Of a stretch of DNA of 26,834 nt, positions 15,325 to 24,911 are shown piece by piece; position 1 is the stretch's first letter, and the number at the start of each line of letters is the position of its first letter. The stretch lies in IMG/VR virus record IMGVR_UViG_3300011334_000264, positions 1 to 26,834 of that record; one strand, given 5' to 3'. A program made the position numbers and the translations under genes. This DNA comes from a virus (Duplodnaviria; Caudoviricetes). The notes under the pieces were generated by a model. It saw only the letters and a program-made list of their open reading frames with translations, did not search any database and was not told where the DNA came from.

Positions 15325-17757
15325 TTATGCGTTTATTTTTGACTTTGTTTGATCTAAATATGCAAGCTGGGTTAAAAGCTGTATAGCCTTTTTTTGTTTC
15401 TCTGCATTTCCCGCATATTCACTAATAACAGTCTGGGTCAAGTTAGACAAAGGAACTGCTCCTGCTCCCTTTGAAGAGTTGGAGTCCCAGAGAGAAGATA
15501 TGTATTTACCCATACTGTCCTTGGTTAGATCTTTAGCAGCAGCTTTTGGATCGTCTTGTGCTTTAGTAGTTCCGGCAAGGAACATTTCGCTCTTTGCTTT
15601 CTGATCTCTTTCGTCTAAAGAAGCTCCCTGCTTTGGAGTTGCTCCAGCCTCACCCGCTGTGTCAAGAAACTCTTTGCGAGATTTAAGTGAATCAAGTTGT
15701 TCTTGAAGCTTCTTTCTCTTTTCTTCTTCCAATGCTTTATCAACTGGAGATGGAGTTTTTCCAGCTTCTCCAGCCTTATTCATAAACTCTCTACGAGCAG
15801 CAAGTGCATCAAGTTGTTCTTGTAGTTGTTCTTTCTTTCTTTGAGCAGCACCCATATCTCCACCAAGAACTTCTCTTCCCATTGGTGTTCCTACAGAATC
15901 AGGAATACCTAATGTTGCACGATCCAACTTATTAAGTGGAGGAGTTACTTTTGGAAACTCACTTGCAGATAGTGGACGGAATACTTCTCCACCAACTTCT
16001 CTTGGGTAAGGAGGAGACATACTCTCTGGGAAGTTAGTTGCCTGTGGTATTGCTCCACTTCTAGTAATGCCAGCGATAGCTCTTGCTCTATCTGGTCCAG
16101 ACATTTGTGGGATTATTAGTTCACCAGTTCTTCTATCAAGCTCTGGTTTAAAACCACGAAGAATAATATCCATGATAGAACGTTTCTCTGGAGTTGGTTC
16201 TGGGAATAGATTTGCTTCTGGCTTAACTCCAAGTTCGGCAGGAGCATAAGATTCTACTGGTCTGCCAACTCTAAGCGGAGGAAGTTCTGCTTCAGTTGCT
16301 CCTGATGGTGCAACTCTATTTCTAAAGAACTCTTCGGCATTAACTCCCGGTTCAGTAGTTGAAGGAGCTTGTAATCCTCCAAGATCCATACCTTCTGGAA
16401 GTCCCTTTCTATACATATTTTTGATTGCTTCGATGTTTGCTTTTTGTTCTTCAACAGTAGGAGGTGTAGGTGTTTCTCCAGCAGCTACTTGCTCTCTTTC
16501 TGGTGGAGTATATACATCACCAAACATAGCAATCCTAGCTTTTTGCTTTCCTAACTCTGTAGCTGCGGTTATGTCTGCGGCAGTTAAGGTTCTTCCTTCA
16601 GTCATGGCTTTTGTTTTCATAGCCTGTATTTCTGAATCTACATATTGACCAAAGATTTTTCCTACATCAGCCATTGCATTTGTAACTTCAAATGGCATCA
16701 GGTCTTTGTATTCAGCTAGGGTTTCAGTTCCAATGCGTAGATTAACTCCTCTTGGAATATCACCATATTTCTGTAGGTATTCTTTCCTTGCAGCAGTTAT
16801 CATATCTATTGGCTCTAGAACTGGAGCAGGTATTCTTAAACCTTGCTTTGCTTCTAGCTCTGCTTTCTTTGCTTTCTCTATTGCATCATAATCAGCAAGC
16901 TCTGCACCAAAACCTGCAATAGCACCTTCTGCTTTGATTAGTTCGTAGTCTCTTTGCTGAGCACCAGTGAAAGAAGAACCTCCACCTTTAGCCATTTGAT
17001 CATCTGCTTTAGCTGCGATTCTTTGTTTAGCAGAAGCAATATAAGATCCAAATGCAGGCTTATCAGAGATAGCAGTAGCTACAGCTATTTCTGCATCAGT
17101 CATTGATAGATTTCCCTGTGCCATTAGAGCATCAACAGCATTTCTATATAGAGTATATGTAGTCATATCTCTTGTAAGTGCATCTGCTGGAAGGCTACCA
17201 TCAGTATAAGCTTTTTGTAAAGTATTAAAGCGATCACGGATATTGCTAGAGTTTAGGCCACCAGAAAGAACTTGAAGTTTATCATCTACAGTTTTTCTAG
17301 CAGAGCCAACGATTTCATCCATGAGTTCATCATATGGATCTTTGCCACCTGTTGAACCAGCTTTTCCACCATATGATCTTCCACCACGGGATGGTGTAAC
17401 ATTGGTCTTTTGTTCTCTAGCCTGAGCATAAGCTTGGTCACGAAGCTTTCTAGTTTCTGCCATTCTTGCTAAAAGTTCTTCTCTACGAGCTTTAACATCA
17501 GCTTTTGCTTTACCAATAGTATCAATCTTCTCTTGGAGCTTAGCCTTGTCAGCCTCTAGATCCTTCATCTGTTGTAGATAAAGTTTATATGCAGCTTCGT
17601 ATGTTATCTTTTTTTCTTCTACAAGCTGTGCAATCTGTTGAGCAGCAAGGTTCCAGTTATCCCATCCTACTTTAGTGTAGTAAGTTACATAACCTTCTGC
17701 TCTTGTATCTTTAAAGGGTTGAGCTAATCCGGGTGAAATGTCAATAGGCTCGGCCAT
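15325..17757 (-). CDS. Internal virion / ejection protein (coiled-coil, Pro-rich linker)
   Basis: 810 aa, middle gene of the triad, with an internal 39-aa repeat LQEQLD.L..R.EF...AGEAG.TP. Confidence 0.7.
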   Translation of the reverse strand: MAEPIDISPGLAQPFKDTRAEGYVTYYTKVGWDNWNLAAQQIAQLVEEKKITYEAAYKLYLQQMKDLEADKAKLQEKIDTIGKAKADVKARREELLARMAETRKLRDQAYAQAREQKTNVTPSRGGRSYGGKAGSTGGKDPYDELMDEIVGSARKTVDDKLQVLSGGLNSSNIRDRFNTLQKAYTDGSLPADALTRDMTTYTLYRNAVDALMAQGNLSMTDAEIAVATAISDKPAFGSYIASAKQRIAAKADDQMAKGGGSSFTGAQQRDYELIKAEGAIAGFGAELADYDAIEKAKKAELEAKQGLRIPAPVLEPIDMITAARKEYLQKYGDIPRGVNLRIGTETLAEYKDLMPFEVTNAMADVGKIFGQYVDSEIQAMKTKAMTEGRTLTAADITAATELGKQKARIAMFGDVYTPPEREQVAAGETPTPPTVEEQKANIEAIKNMYRKGLPEGMDLGGLQAPSTTEPGVNAEEFFRNRVAPSGATEAELPPLRVGRPVESYAPAELGVKPEANLFPEPTPEKRSIMDIILRGFKPELDRRTGELIIPQMSGPDRARAIAGITRSGAIPQATNFPESMSPPYPREVGGEVFRPLSASEFPKVTPPLNKLDRATLGIPDSVGTPMGREVLGGDMGAAQRKKEQLQEQLDALAARREFMNKAGEAGKTPSPVDKALEEEKRKKLQEQLDSLKSRKEFLDTAGEAGATPKQGASLDERDQKAKSEMFLAGTTKAQDDPKAAAKDLTKDSMGKYISSLWDSNSSKGAGAVPLSNLTQTVISEYAGNAEKQKKAIQLLTQLAYLDQTKSKINA

Positions 17758-18491
17758 TATTTTGTTCCTCCTACACTACCTACGATTCCACCATAGATTG
17801 AAGCTGCGGACGGATCTCTCGCGATTCTTCCTATGATATCAGCAGTTTGTTTTTCATCAAGACCAGTGTATTTCATGAACTGCTGGATTTGTTCTGGACT
17901 TGGTTTAGCACCACGAACTGCTTGCATTCTAGCTATTGATTCATCAAGAGCACCAATGCCTGTCATAGCAACACCAGATATGGCTGCTTGCTTTTGTCCC
18001 TTATACTGATCTCCAAGCATGGTGCGTTTTTCAATCTCATCAATCTGAGCTTTCTTTTCCAAGAGGTTTGCTTTTTGAACTTCTTTTTCTGCTGCTGCTC
18101 TTGCTCTAATAAGTGCTTCTTGTTCTGCAACAAAGGTTCTTGAAGCTGCACCAGCACCAGTAGCTAAAGATGATGCAACACCTGATTGTAGATCCTTGAC
18201 ATCCTGCTGAGCTTTCTGTGCTGCTGAGTCTTGATCTGAATATAGTTGTTGCTTTTCAGCTTCAGTTAATCCAAGCATTCCAAGTTCTTGTCTACGCTTT
18301 AAGTCTTTTAAACGTTGTTGATTAAGTCTTTCTTCATCAGTTTTTATAAGAGATGGGAGTGTAGAGATAAGGCCACCAGCAACGGAACCTAATGCTTGTC
18401 CAGCCATACCACCAATGGGTCCACCGATTGCTGTTCCTGCAAGTCCGCCTAATACGGAACCAACATTTGAAGCTGCGTTACTTTGTGCCAT
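17757..18491 (-). CDS. Small ejection/pilot protein
   Basis: 244 aa. Gly-rich hydrophobic N-terminus (VGSVLGGLAGTAIGGPIGGMAGQALGSVAGGLI) followed by a Q/K/A coiled coil, as in P22 gp7-like and T7 gp14-like proteins. Confidence 0.75.
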   Translation of the reverse strand: MAQSNAASNVGSVLGGLAGTAIGGPIGGMAGQALGSVAGGLISTLPSLIKTDEERLNQQRLKDLKRRQELGMLGLTEAEKQQLYSDQDSAAQKAQQDVKDLQSGVASSLATGAGAASRTFVAEQEALIRARAAAEKEVQKANLLEKKAQIDEIEKRTMLGDQYKGQKQAAISGVAMTGIGALDESIARMQAVRGAKPSPEQIQQFMKYTGLDEKQTADIIGRIARDPSAASIYGGIVGSVGGTK

Positions 18492-18497
18492 TTACAA

Positions 18498-18525
18498 TCT
18501 CCTATTATTATTGTGTTTGTCTATT
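18498..18525. repeat. 28-bp intergenic direct repeat, copy B
   Basis: 24/28 identical to 8997-9024. Includes the TAATAGGAG RBS on the minus strand. Confidence 0.65.
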
Positions 18526-19315
18526 ATGCGTAGAATACTTCGCAACGCAAAAATCTATTATTTACCCAACCAAGGTCAAGAGTTGTTTCAACTCCGATTG
18601 CAAATCTCCATGCAAGAGATTGTGGTTTAGGAAAAGGATTAACTGCTGTTGCCCAAAGATTTGGGATATCATATTCAAATAGGAATGGAATAACTCTTCT
18701 ATCATTAATACCATCAAGTCCTCCATTTGGAGAAGTCATATTCTGATATTCTTCAAATGCTTGGACTCCACCCTGAGTTTGAGTTGCTACTGCCCATTGA
18801 TCCGAAACACCTTCTATTTTATAAAGAAGATAAAAACGAGTTTCCATAATGGCGTTAGAAATATAATCTGTATTGTATGTATACATCCAGAAGTTTCTTA
18901 CTCCCAAGTGTCCAGTAACAATAATCTTTGCTGCTTGATTAGTGTTAATATCTAGGGCGTTATTTCCTTCAAAGTATATTGATTTGCCCATTTCTGTAAC
19001 TGTCTGATATTGATTATTAAAAGACCACTGTGTAGATTTTGTAGCTTTATATGTGCTAGTAAAATAAGATCTTTCTCCACTAGAATCTGCAATAGTATTT
19101 TGTGTGTATAGATCCCCAGTTGTAAACTGATGGTCTTGAACTACGTTGTAATATTCTCCTTTAACAATATCTGGAGTATCAAAGGTATCAGAAGCTAAGT
19201 CAGCCTGAATAATATCTTTGTTTATATATTTACGAAGAGCGTCGTTGTTAGCATTTAGATCGTCTGCTAATACTGGTGTAGCTCCTGTAAAAACTACTGG
19301 TGGTGTATATGCCAT
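18524..19315 (-). CDS. Tail-associated protein (paralog group)
   Basis: 263 aa. N-terminal anchor FTGATPVLADDLNANNDALRKYIN, then beta-rich body. Confidence 0.7.
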   Translation of the reverse strand: MAYTPPVVFTGATPVLADDLNANNDALRKYINKDIIQADLASDTFDTPDIVKGEYYNVVQDHQFTTGDLYTQNTIADSSGERSYFTSTYKATKSTQWSFNNQYQTVTEMGKSIYFEGNNALDINTNQAAKIIVTGHLGVRNFWMYTYNTDYISNAIMETRFYLLYKIEGVSDQWAVATQTQGGVQAFEEYQNMTSPNGGLDGINDRRVIPFLFEYDIPNLWATAVNPFPKPQSLAWRFAIGVETTLDLGWVNNRFLRCEVFYA

Positions 19316-20079
19316 TACCTAACTCCCATTGCTATAAAGTTCCATTGACCTAACTTGATTGTATTTATTGTGCATCCACCAATAGGTGCTTGTACTTTTA
19401 CTTTAACCTTAACACTTGTTACTGTGATATCATTGGCGGTTTTATTAAACCAAACAAATGAGAACATTTCTTTTTGTGGAAGAATAAATCTTTTACGACC
19501 ACCAGTTTTATCTCCAAAGGCATAGTTAATATTGGCAGAGGTTAGCCAATCTGTATAACCACCGGGCATTGTGCTATTGGTATTTGTTAATAGTGAATAC
19601 CCATAGTCAGGAGATACTTGTGTATCTAATCCACCAACTGTTGTAAAAAATGCATAATAGTATTGGTCACGTTGTCTAGCATAGTTTCCTCCACCATCAG
19701 TTCCTTCGGTTACATCTGTTATTGTAGAGTCAGCTTGAAGTCGAATAGCTTCTCCCGGTCTTATTACTAAAGGTGCAGCAAAAGTAATGATTGCTGCACC
19801 ACCATGAAAGATTGTAGTATAGGTTGAACTATTATAAGATCCGGTAACACCAACAGTTGCACTAGAATATTTTAACTCATGAAATGTAGGATGTTCTCCT
19901 GTAGGTTGTTGTGATAAATCTTTTAGGTGTCGTCTGCTGATTGCTTCCGTTCTTGTGTTATCTGCGTTGATAGTTTGTGATGCAGTTCCTATTTGGGAAT
20001 AAATATTGTTAGCATCAGAAGAAGAGATTGTCTCTCCTGCATTTGCTGAATATAGATATGTAGTTGTTACTTGAGCCAT
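19315..20079 (-). CDS. Tail-associated protein (paralog group)
   Basis: 254 aa. N-terminal AGETISSSDANNIYSQI anchor-like motif. Confidence 0.7.
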   Translation of the reverse strand: MAQVTTTYLYSANAGETISSSDANNIYSQIGTASQTINADNTRTEAISRRHLKDLSQQPTGEHPTFHELKYSSATVGVTGSYNSSTYTTIFHGGAAIITFAAPLVIRPGEAIRLQADSTITDVTEGTDGGGNYARQRDQYYYAFFTTVGGLDTQVSPDYGYSLLTNTNSTMPGGYTDWLTSANINYAFGDKTGGRKRFILPQKEMFSFVWFNKTANDITVTSVKVKVKVQAPIGGCTINTIKLGQWNFIAMGVR

Positions 20080-20089
20080 TTACTTTCTC

Positions 20090-20857
20090 CTATCGGTACT
20101 GATTACGAACCCAAAGATTTCCACCATTATAAGTCAATGACTGAGGCGTAAAGATTTCGTATGCTGTAAATAATGAGGAACTATAAACAGATGGGTCAAC
20201 GAAGTTTGCATTAAAACGAATATCTATAACTACAGGCTTTGAAGAAGTTGGTGCTGAGAATGGTAAATCAAGAGTATATCTTTTAGGCCAGATAAGTCCT
20301 GAGACAGATACACAAACATCATCAATAAATACTGCCCATTGCATTGGATTATTTATTCCTATACCAATACGAACATTAAGTGCAGTTCCAAATGGATCGT
20401 CTGGATTTAAAGAACGAGCATTAGCTTCACCGGGAAAGTATGTAAAATCAATAACTGCATTTCCAACAATCATACCTTCAAGAGCATCGAAGGTGACCTG
20501 AGATCCTAAGCTTTTATTATTTGTTTGTATCTGTATGTCTGAGAGTTTAACCCAAGCATTACCATAATAAAGTGTATTACTTCCCTCAAGAGTTACTGGT
20601 GATTGACCAGCAGACCATACAGATTCATGATAAGATTGAGTTGTCATGTAGGAAGAGTAAGTTCCATCAGAAGCAACATAGGTTTGATCTACAGTTGGTT
20701 GAGCTAAATGTGTGTGGGTTACCTGTTGGAGAGGAAGCTGATGACCATCAAGCTGACCATTAAACTCTTGAAGTGGAGTTTGGATCTCGCTATTGAAATC
20801 TTCTTCTTTAGCTTGACCTCCATCTAATATTGTTCTGCTTGTATAACTTCTAGCCAT
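20090..20857 (-). CDS. Tail-associated protein (paralog group)
   Basis: 255 aa. N-terminal GGQAKEEDFNSEI...EFNGQLD anchor-like motif, GAGGAG RBS. Confidence 0.7.
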   Translation of the reverse strand: MARSYTSRTILDGGQAKEEDFNSEIQTPLQEFNGQLDGHQLPLQQVTHTHLAQPTVDQTYVASDGTYSSYMTTQSYHESVWSAGQSPVTLEGSNTLYYGNAWVKLSDIQIQTNNKSLGSQVTFDALEGMIVGNAVIDFTYFPGEANARSLNPDDPFGTALNVRIGIGINNPMQWAVFIDDVCVSVSGLIWPKRYTLDLPFSAPTSSKPVVIDIRFNANFVDPSVYSSSLFTAYEIFTPQSLTYNGGNLWVRNQYR

Positions 20858-20874
20858 TTATCTTCTCCTCTATT

Positions 20875-20972
20875 GTTTACCTGTAGGCTTCCAGCCCAAC
20901 CCTGCTACGCATATAAAGCCGTTATTGGGTCTAATGTTGCAACTCATAATGAAAATACTTTAAAATATTTTA
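20875..20972 (-). promoter_or_regulatory. Conserved phage promoter/leader module, copy 2 (drives tail, ejection and lysis genes)
   Basis: Minus strand: TAAAATATTTTAAAgTATTTTCA-N6-GTTGCAACA-N11-AACGGCTTTATA...GGGTTG.GGCTGGAAGCC...AGGTAAAC. Matches 1943-2041. Confidence 0.75.
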
Positions 20973-23258
20973 TTGCCTGCTCGTTGCTCCGTTCTGATTT
21001 AGTGTCTTGTTCTGTGAACCAACTGCTTCAATCTGATAAGATAGAACTTGGATTAGATTTGATGAGAATAGTCTGAACTTAAACTGAGATATTAGGGATG
21101 TTCCTATATCCCAGCGTATACGAGTTACTTGTGATTGGCTCCAAGTAGATCCGTTCCATACCGCAGGATTTCCACCTGCTATTCCATATGATGGTTCAGT
21201 AGAAGTTGTTTTAACAGACTCTGGCTTCAAAGGAATCTGTGTTCCAGATGATGTATATGTATATCCCCAATCTGTTGCCCACACTAATCCTATTGGATTT
21301 TCTCCAGAGGTAATAACTTCTACCTCAACTGAGATAACTCTCTTCTTCTTTGAGTCATCTCCAAAATCAGTCCATACAGATTCCCAAAGATCTATATCCT
21401 TTGTAATATTAGCTAATGTAAAAGTTGTATTCGTTTGTCCAAGAGCTGCTGCTGTAAGATATTGTCCAGACCAACGACTTGCTGACCACACCTGTAAGCC
21501 AACACCCGGAACTCCCCATCTATTTGCTATATCTTTACTGGTGGTTGGAGCTAATCCAATAATGATCCATCCGTTTGGATCTGTAGCAAGTTGAGTATAT
21601 GGCATACCTCTACCGTTCTTATATAGACCTTCAGAAAAACGGAATGTCCATTCGCTATTCCAAGTATGGAAAACTGAACCTCTAGTATTTTCCGTATCTC
21701 CATCAATAGGATAGTGACACCAGTATTCTTTTTCTCTTTCTGAATATGTAGCAGTTGCTCTTGGTAAGGCTGATAAAGAAATACGTCCCATTTCTTTTTC
21801 AATCTGTTCAGACATTTTATTAACTTTATAAACTGCACCACCACGAATAGATCCTGTGATTGCAAAGAAACCATCTTTGTTCAAGAACATAACACCAACA
21901 CCACCAACCAATCTGATGGTATTTGTAGCAGTAGTTCCTACGTTGGAATCCAGAGTGGTGATTGCATACCCACCATTGTTGTAGGAAATGATTTCTATTG
22001 AGCGTTCGCGGAATACTAGAAGCACATCGTAGAACGGCACCAGAGCAGTTATAGAGCCTCCATCTCGTAGACCTACATCAAAGGTCGAGAACGCATCGAA
22101 CTGCTCTGGAAGGCCCGGTTTAGAGTAGATTATGCTATACGGATTCATCTCTCCGCCAGCAAGCCAGATGGAGTTATTGAAGGTAGCGCAATACTTCCAT
22201 TGAGAAGAAATCAAAACAGAGTCGCTTGCACTAGGAGCTTCAACATTTAAATCTTGATCTGGAGTTATATCCACATAAGTTGTATCACAGTTATTATCTA
22301 TTTGTGTTACAAGATAATAAATCTCACCAGAACCAGTAGCACCATCTCTACGATTCTTTGTTCTCCAAATCCTTCTTGCAACAGTTCCTTGTGGACCCAC
22401 AGGAAGTTTGGAAATAAATACTCCATACTTTCCTTCAGCATAGTTTGCATTTGCTGGACTTGGACTTCCACCAGTAGTAACTAGTTTATCTGAAACTGTC
22501 CAAGATGCAGATGATGGTTCAGAGATTGGAGATTCGGAACCAGTATCAGATATAAATGTAAACTTATAATCATATCTATTAACGGAGTTCTTTTCTGGAT
22601 CACCAAGACCATAGTAAGAAGATGAAGGAAGTCGAATACAAGTTTGTCCATTCTCTAGATAGTTAGATAGACCAGCCCTTGTCCAAGGAATAGAACTATT
22701 ATTATCTAAAGAAGAATCTCTCCACTGAATATATTCCGTATCAACGCCAGCAATAACACCTGTTGGTGTTGGTTGAGTAAATCCAAATCCAGATACTAAC
22801 TCTCTGCCCCACCATTTGAGCATTCTATTATAACCGTTAACGATTAGATTAAATCTACCATAGGTTGTGATTTGAGTTCCACAATCATCAGGTTTAGGAA
22901 TACGTCTATCACCATCAAGAACTGTAGTTTGTCTTACGATACCTGTAGTTCCTACGTTTCCCATATCGTATTGAAGGTTACCATTCTGCTCGTATAGGTA
23001 ATAAGTTTCTGCTGCTTGGTGTCTGGTTATTACTGACAGGAAGCGAATGGGTTGAAGCCTACCAGCTACTTCAGAACTTTTATAAGTTACAGTAGAATCA
23101 AATGGAATAAGTGGCTCTATTCCTCGATCATTTACCCATCCTCCACCATTAGGGTCGGGATGGAAATGTCCAGAGATATTTGAAGCAGCATTAGTTGGAG
23201 CTTTAAATCTTTGATTAACGCCACCAGCTTCTATCTCATTTGTACTTTGAGTTTTCAT
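20970..23258 (-). CDS. Tail nozzle/stabilisation protein (P22 gp10 / T7 gp12 positional equivalent)
   Basis: 762 aa, directly after the adaptor. Beta-propeller-like repeats (IWLAG..IIYSKPGLPEQF..GGSITAL..LLVFRERSI..VGTTA..VMFLNKDGFF) and a C-terminal W.DFGDDSKKKR motif. Confidence 0.8.
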   Translation of the reverse strand: MKTQSTNEIEAGGVNQRFKAPTNAASNISGHFHPDPNGGGWVNDRGIEPLIPFDSTVTYKSSEVAGRLQPIRFLSVITRHQAAETYYLYEQNGNLQYDMGNVGTTGIVRQTTVLDGDRRIPKPDDCGTQITTYGRFNLIVNGYNRMLKWWGRELVSGFGFTQPTPTGVIAGVDTEYIQWRDSSLDNNSSIPWTRAGLSNYLENGQTCIRLPSSSYYGLGDPEKNSVNRYDYKFTFISDTGSESPISEPSSASWTVSDKLVTTGGSPSPANANYAEGKYGVFISKLPVGPQGTVARRIWRTKNRRDGATGSGEIYYLVTQIDNNCDTTYVDITPDQDLNVEAPSASDSVLISSQWKYCATFNNSIWLAGGEMNPYSIIYSKPGLPEQFDAFSTFDVGLRDGGSITALVPFYDVLLVFRERSIEIISYNNGGYAITTLDSNVGTTATNTIRLVGGVGVMFLNKDGFFAITGSIRGGAVYKVNKMSEQIEKEMGRISLSALPRATATYSEREKEYWCHYPIDGDTENTRGSVFHTWNSEWTFRFSEGLYKNGRGMPYTQLATDPNGWIIIGLAPTTSKDIANRWGVPGVGLQVWSASRWSGQYLTAAALGQTNTTFTLANITKDIDLWESVWTDFGDDSKKKRVISVEVEVITSGENPIGLVWATDWGYTYTSSGTQIPLKPESVKTTSTEPSYGIAGGNPAVWNGSTWSQSQVTRIRWDIGTSLISQFKFRLFSSNLIQVLSYQIEAVGSQNKTLNQNGATSRQ

Positions 23259-23265
23259 TTGTTCC

Positions 23266-24834
23266 TTATGGGGTTAGTTTAAGGCTTGCAGGATCGTAGA
23301 AGGGAAAACCAGAGTTGCCAATAGTGAAGCTTCCTCTTATAAACGTTGTGTCAACAGAGTCGATATATCTCTTCTCTAATCCTTGAATAGCCTTATCAAT
23401 CTTTACCCTATATCTATCAGCAAGATCTGTATTACCAGATTTATTATAGATATCTTCTAGTACACCATAGACAACTAGTTGATGAAACTCATAGGGCATT
23501 TGTGGAGTATCTGTTGCAAGACCCATACGAAGAGGCTTCTTCATATAGCGAACTTCTAATCTACGGAAGTATTCCTCATCTGCTTTTGGAAGCAACTCTC
23601 CACCAGTTTGTGCTGGATTATAAAAGTCCCAACTATTAATACGAGGATAAGGTCTAATACGTGGAATAGATCCATCCCATTCAACATAGCGAGGATTTCC
23701 ACCATTAAAGGCATTGATATATTGTAAGACAACTTGTGAGGCTTCATCACTAACTACAAGTGGTTTGTGAGAATCAACAGCAGCACCTTCACTTCCAACA
23801 GCAGAACCATAAGTAATCGCTCTCCAAACAGGAATGCCCAATCTCTTTCCTGTAGTTGGATTAAAGTTGGAGTTATAATAAAGAACCTTACGAAGTCCTT
23901 CAAACTTATTTGGTGCATAGTCAGTTAGTGTAGCAAATGTCTGAGCTGCGATTGGCTTATCATCAAAAGTAGAAAACTGCAAAGTAAGAATAGAAGTAGA
24001 TGGTGATCCTCCCTGCTGTGCAGCTTGTGTTTTAAGTAATAGAGGTTCAGAGAGTGGACCTATCTTTGCTCCAAGATAATAGAACGCCCAGCATATTTCA
24101 AAGTAGGTACTTGCTGGTATAGTTGATTCGTTGGAATAAGCCTGTGATATTTCTTTTAGTTTTTCTGCGGGAGGAACATTGATTGGAGGAGTGTCAACAT
24201 AGCACTCTGCATATGTAGATGTATAGTCTTCACGAAGGTTTATCTCTTCTTCTTTACGCTTTGATAGTCCAGCAATCTTTCCGTATGGAGGACGACCTTT
24301 ACCAGCAGGAACATCGCGTTGAGATAGATTAAGAAGTTCAAGACAATCTTCTGGAAGATCATAGAAACGTTTCTTAACTACCCAAGTTGTATTGTCTACA
24401 ACATTTCCACCACGATAAGGTTCTGCCAATCTTATTTCAGTATCTGAAACTACTTTAAGGATTACGTATTCTCTGCCATTTACTTGGAATAGTTCTCCTT
24501 CATAAGCTGATCCGACAGAACCATATGATTTAGAAGTATCGTGAGAAGAGAATGGTCCGAGAGATACTTCTGCAAGAAGCATAGGAACAGAACCAGAGAA
24601 TGTAACTCTGCGTGAACCGTTTAAAACATTGACGTTTTTTCCTGTTAGACCAAAGTTTAGGTCTGGATATATTTTTATAAAATCTTGTACTTGTGCAAAC
24701 TTCCAACGCTTGCTTGTCCATATAGCATAGAAAGCATCATTGATTAAATCATCGACTTGATCCTGATATGTCTGTAACTCCGGACTATAATCCGTGATAT
24801 TTTTAACTTTGTTTCGTAGGTCTTGTAGATTCAT
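23266..24834 (-). CDS. Head-tail adaptor/gatekeeper with large insertions
   Basis: MNLQDLRNKV...DDLINDAFYAIW...WKF, YDLPEDCLEL, IRPYPR..LEVRYMKKP..DTPQMPYEFHQLVVYG is the podophage adaptor pattern. At 522 aa it is much longer than typical ~200-aa adaptors. Confidence 0.8.
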   Translation of the reverse strand: MNLQDLRNKVKNITDYSPELQTYQDQVDDLINDAFYAIWTSKRWKFAQVQDFIKIYPDLNFGLTGKNVNVLNGSRRVTFSGSVPMLLAEVSLGPFSSHDTSKSYGSVGSAYEGELFQVNGREYVILKVVSDTEIRLAEPYRGGNVVDNTTWVVKKRFYDLPEDCLELLNLSQRDVPAGKGRPPYGKIAGLSKRKEEEINLREDYTSTYAECYVDTPPINVPPAEKLKEISQAYSNESTIPASTYFEICWAFYYLGAKIGPLSEPLLLKTQAAQQGGSPSTSILTLQFSTFDDKPIAAQTFATLTDYAPNKFEGLRKVLYYNSNFNPTTGKRLGIPVWRAITYGSAVGSEGAAVDSHKPLVVSDEASQVVLQYINAFNGGNPRYVEWDGSIPRIRPYPRINSWDFYNPAQTGGELLPKADEEYFRRLEVRYMKKPLRMGLATDTPQMPYEFHQLVVYGVLEDIYNKSGNTDLADRYRVKIDKAIQGLEKRYIDSVDTTFIRGSFTIGNSGFPFYDPASLKLTP

Positions 24835-24853
24835 GGTAGATGATGCTCCTATT

Positions 24854-24891
24854 AAAAAACCCTCCCTCCCGTTTATTTGAGAGAGAGGGTT
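24854..24891 (-). terminator. Rho-independent terminator after the capsid genes
   Basis: Minus-strand RNA AACCCUCUCUCUC-loop-GGGAGGGAGGGUU-UUUU, with G-U pairs consistent with this strand. Confidence 0.85.
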
Positions 24892-24911
24892 TTATTTACT
24901 TTACAGTGTGA

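Noticed and set aside
21990-22230. Locally CG-richer patch in the nozzle gene as a foreign insert
   Set aside because: The frame and protein pattern are continuous, no boundaries are visible, and I cannot quantify the shift by eye.
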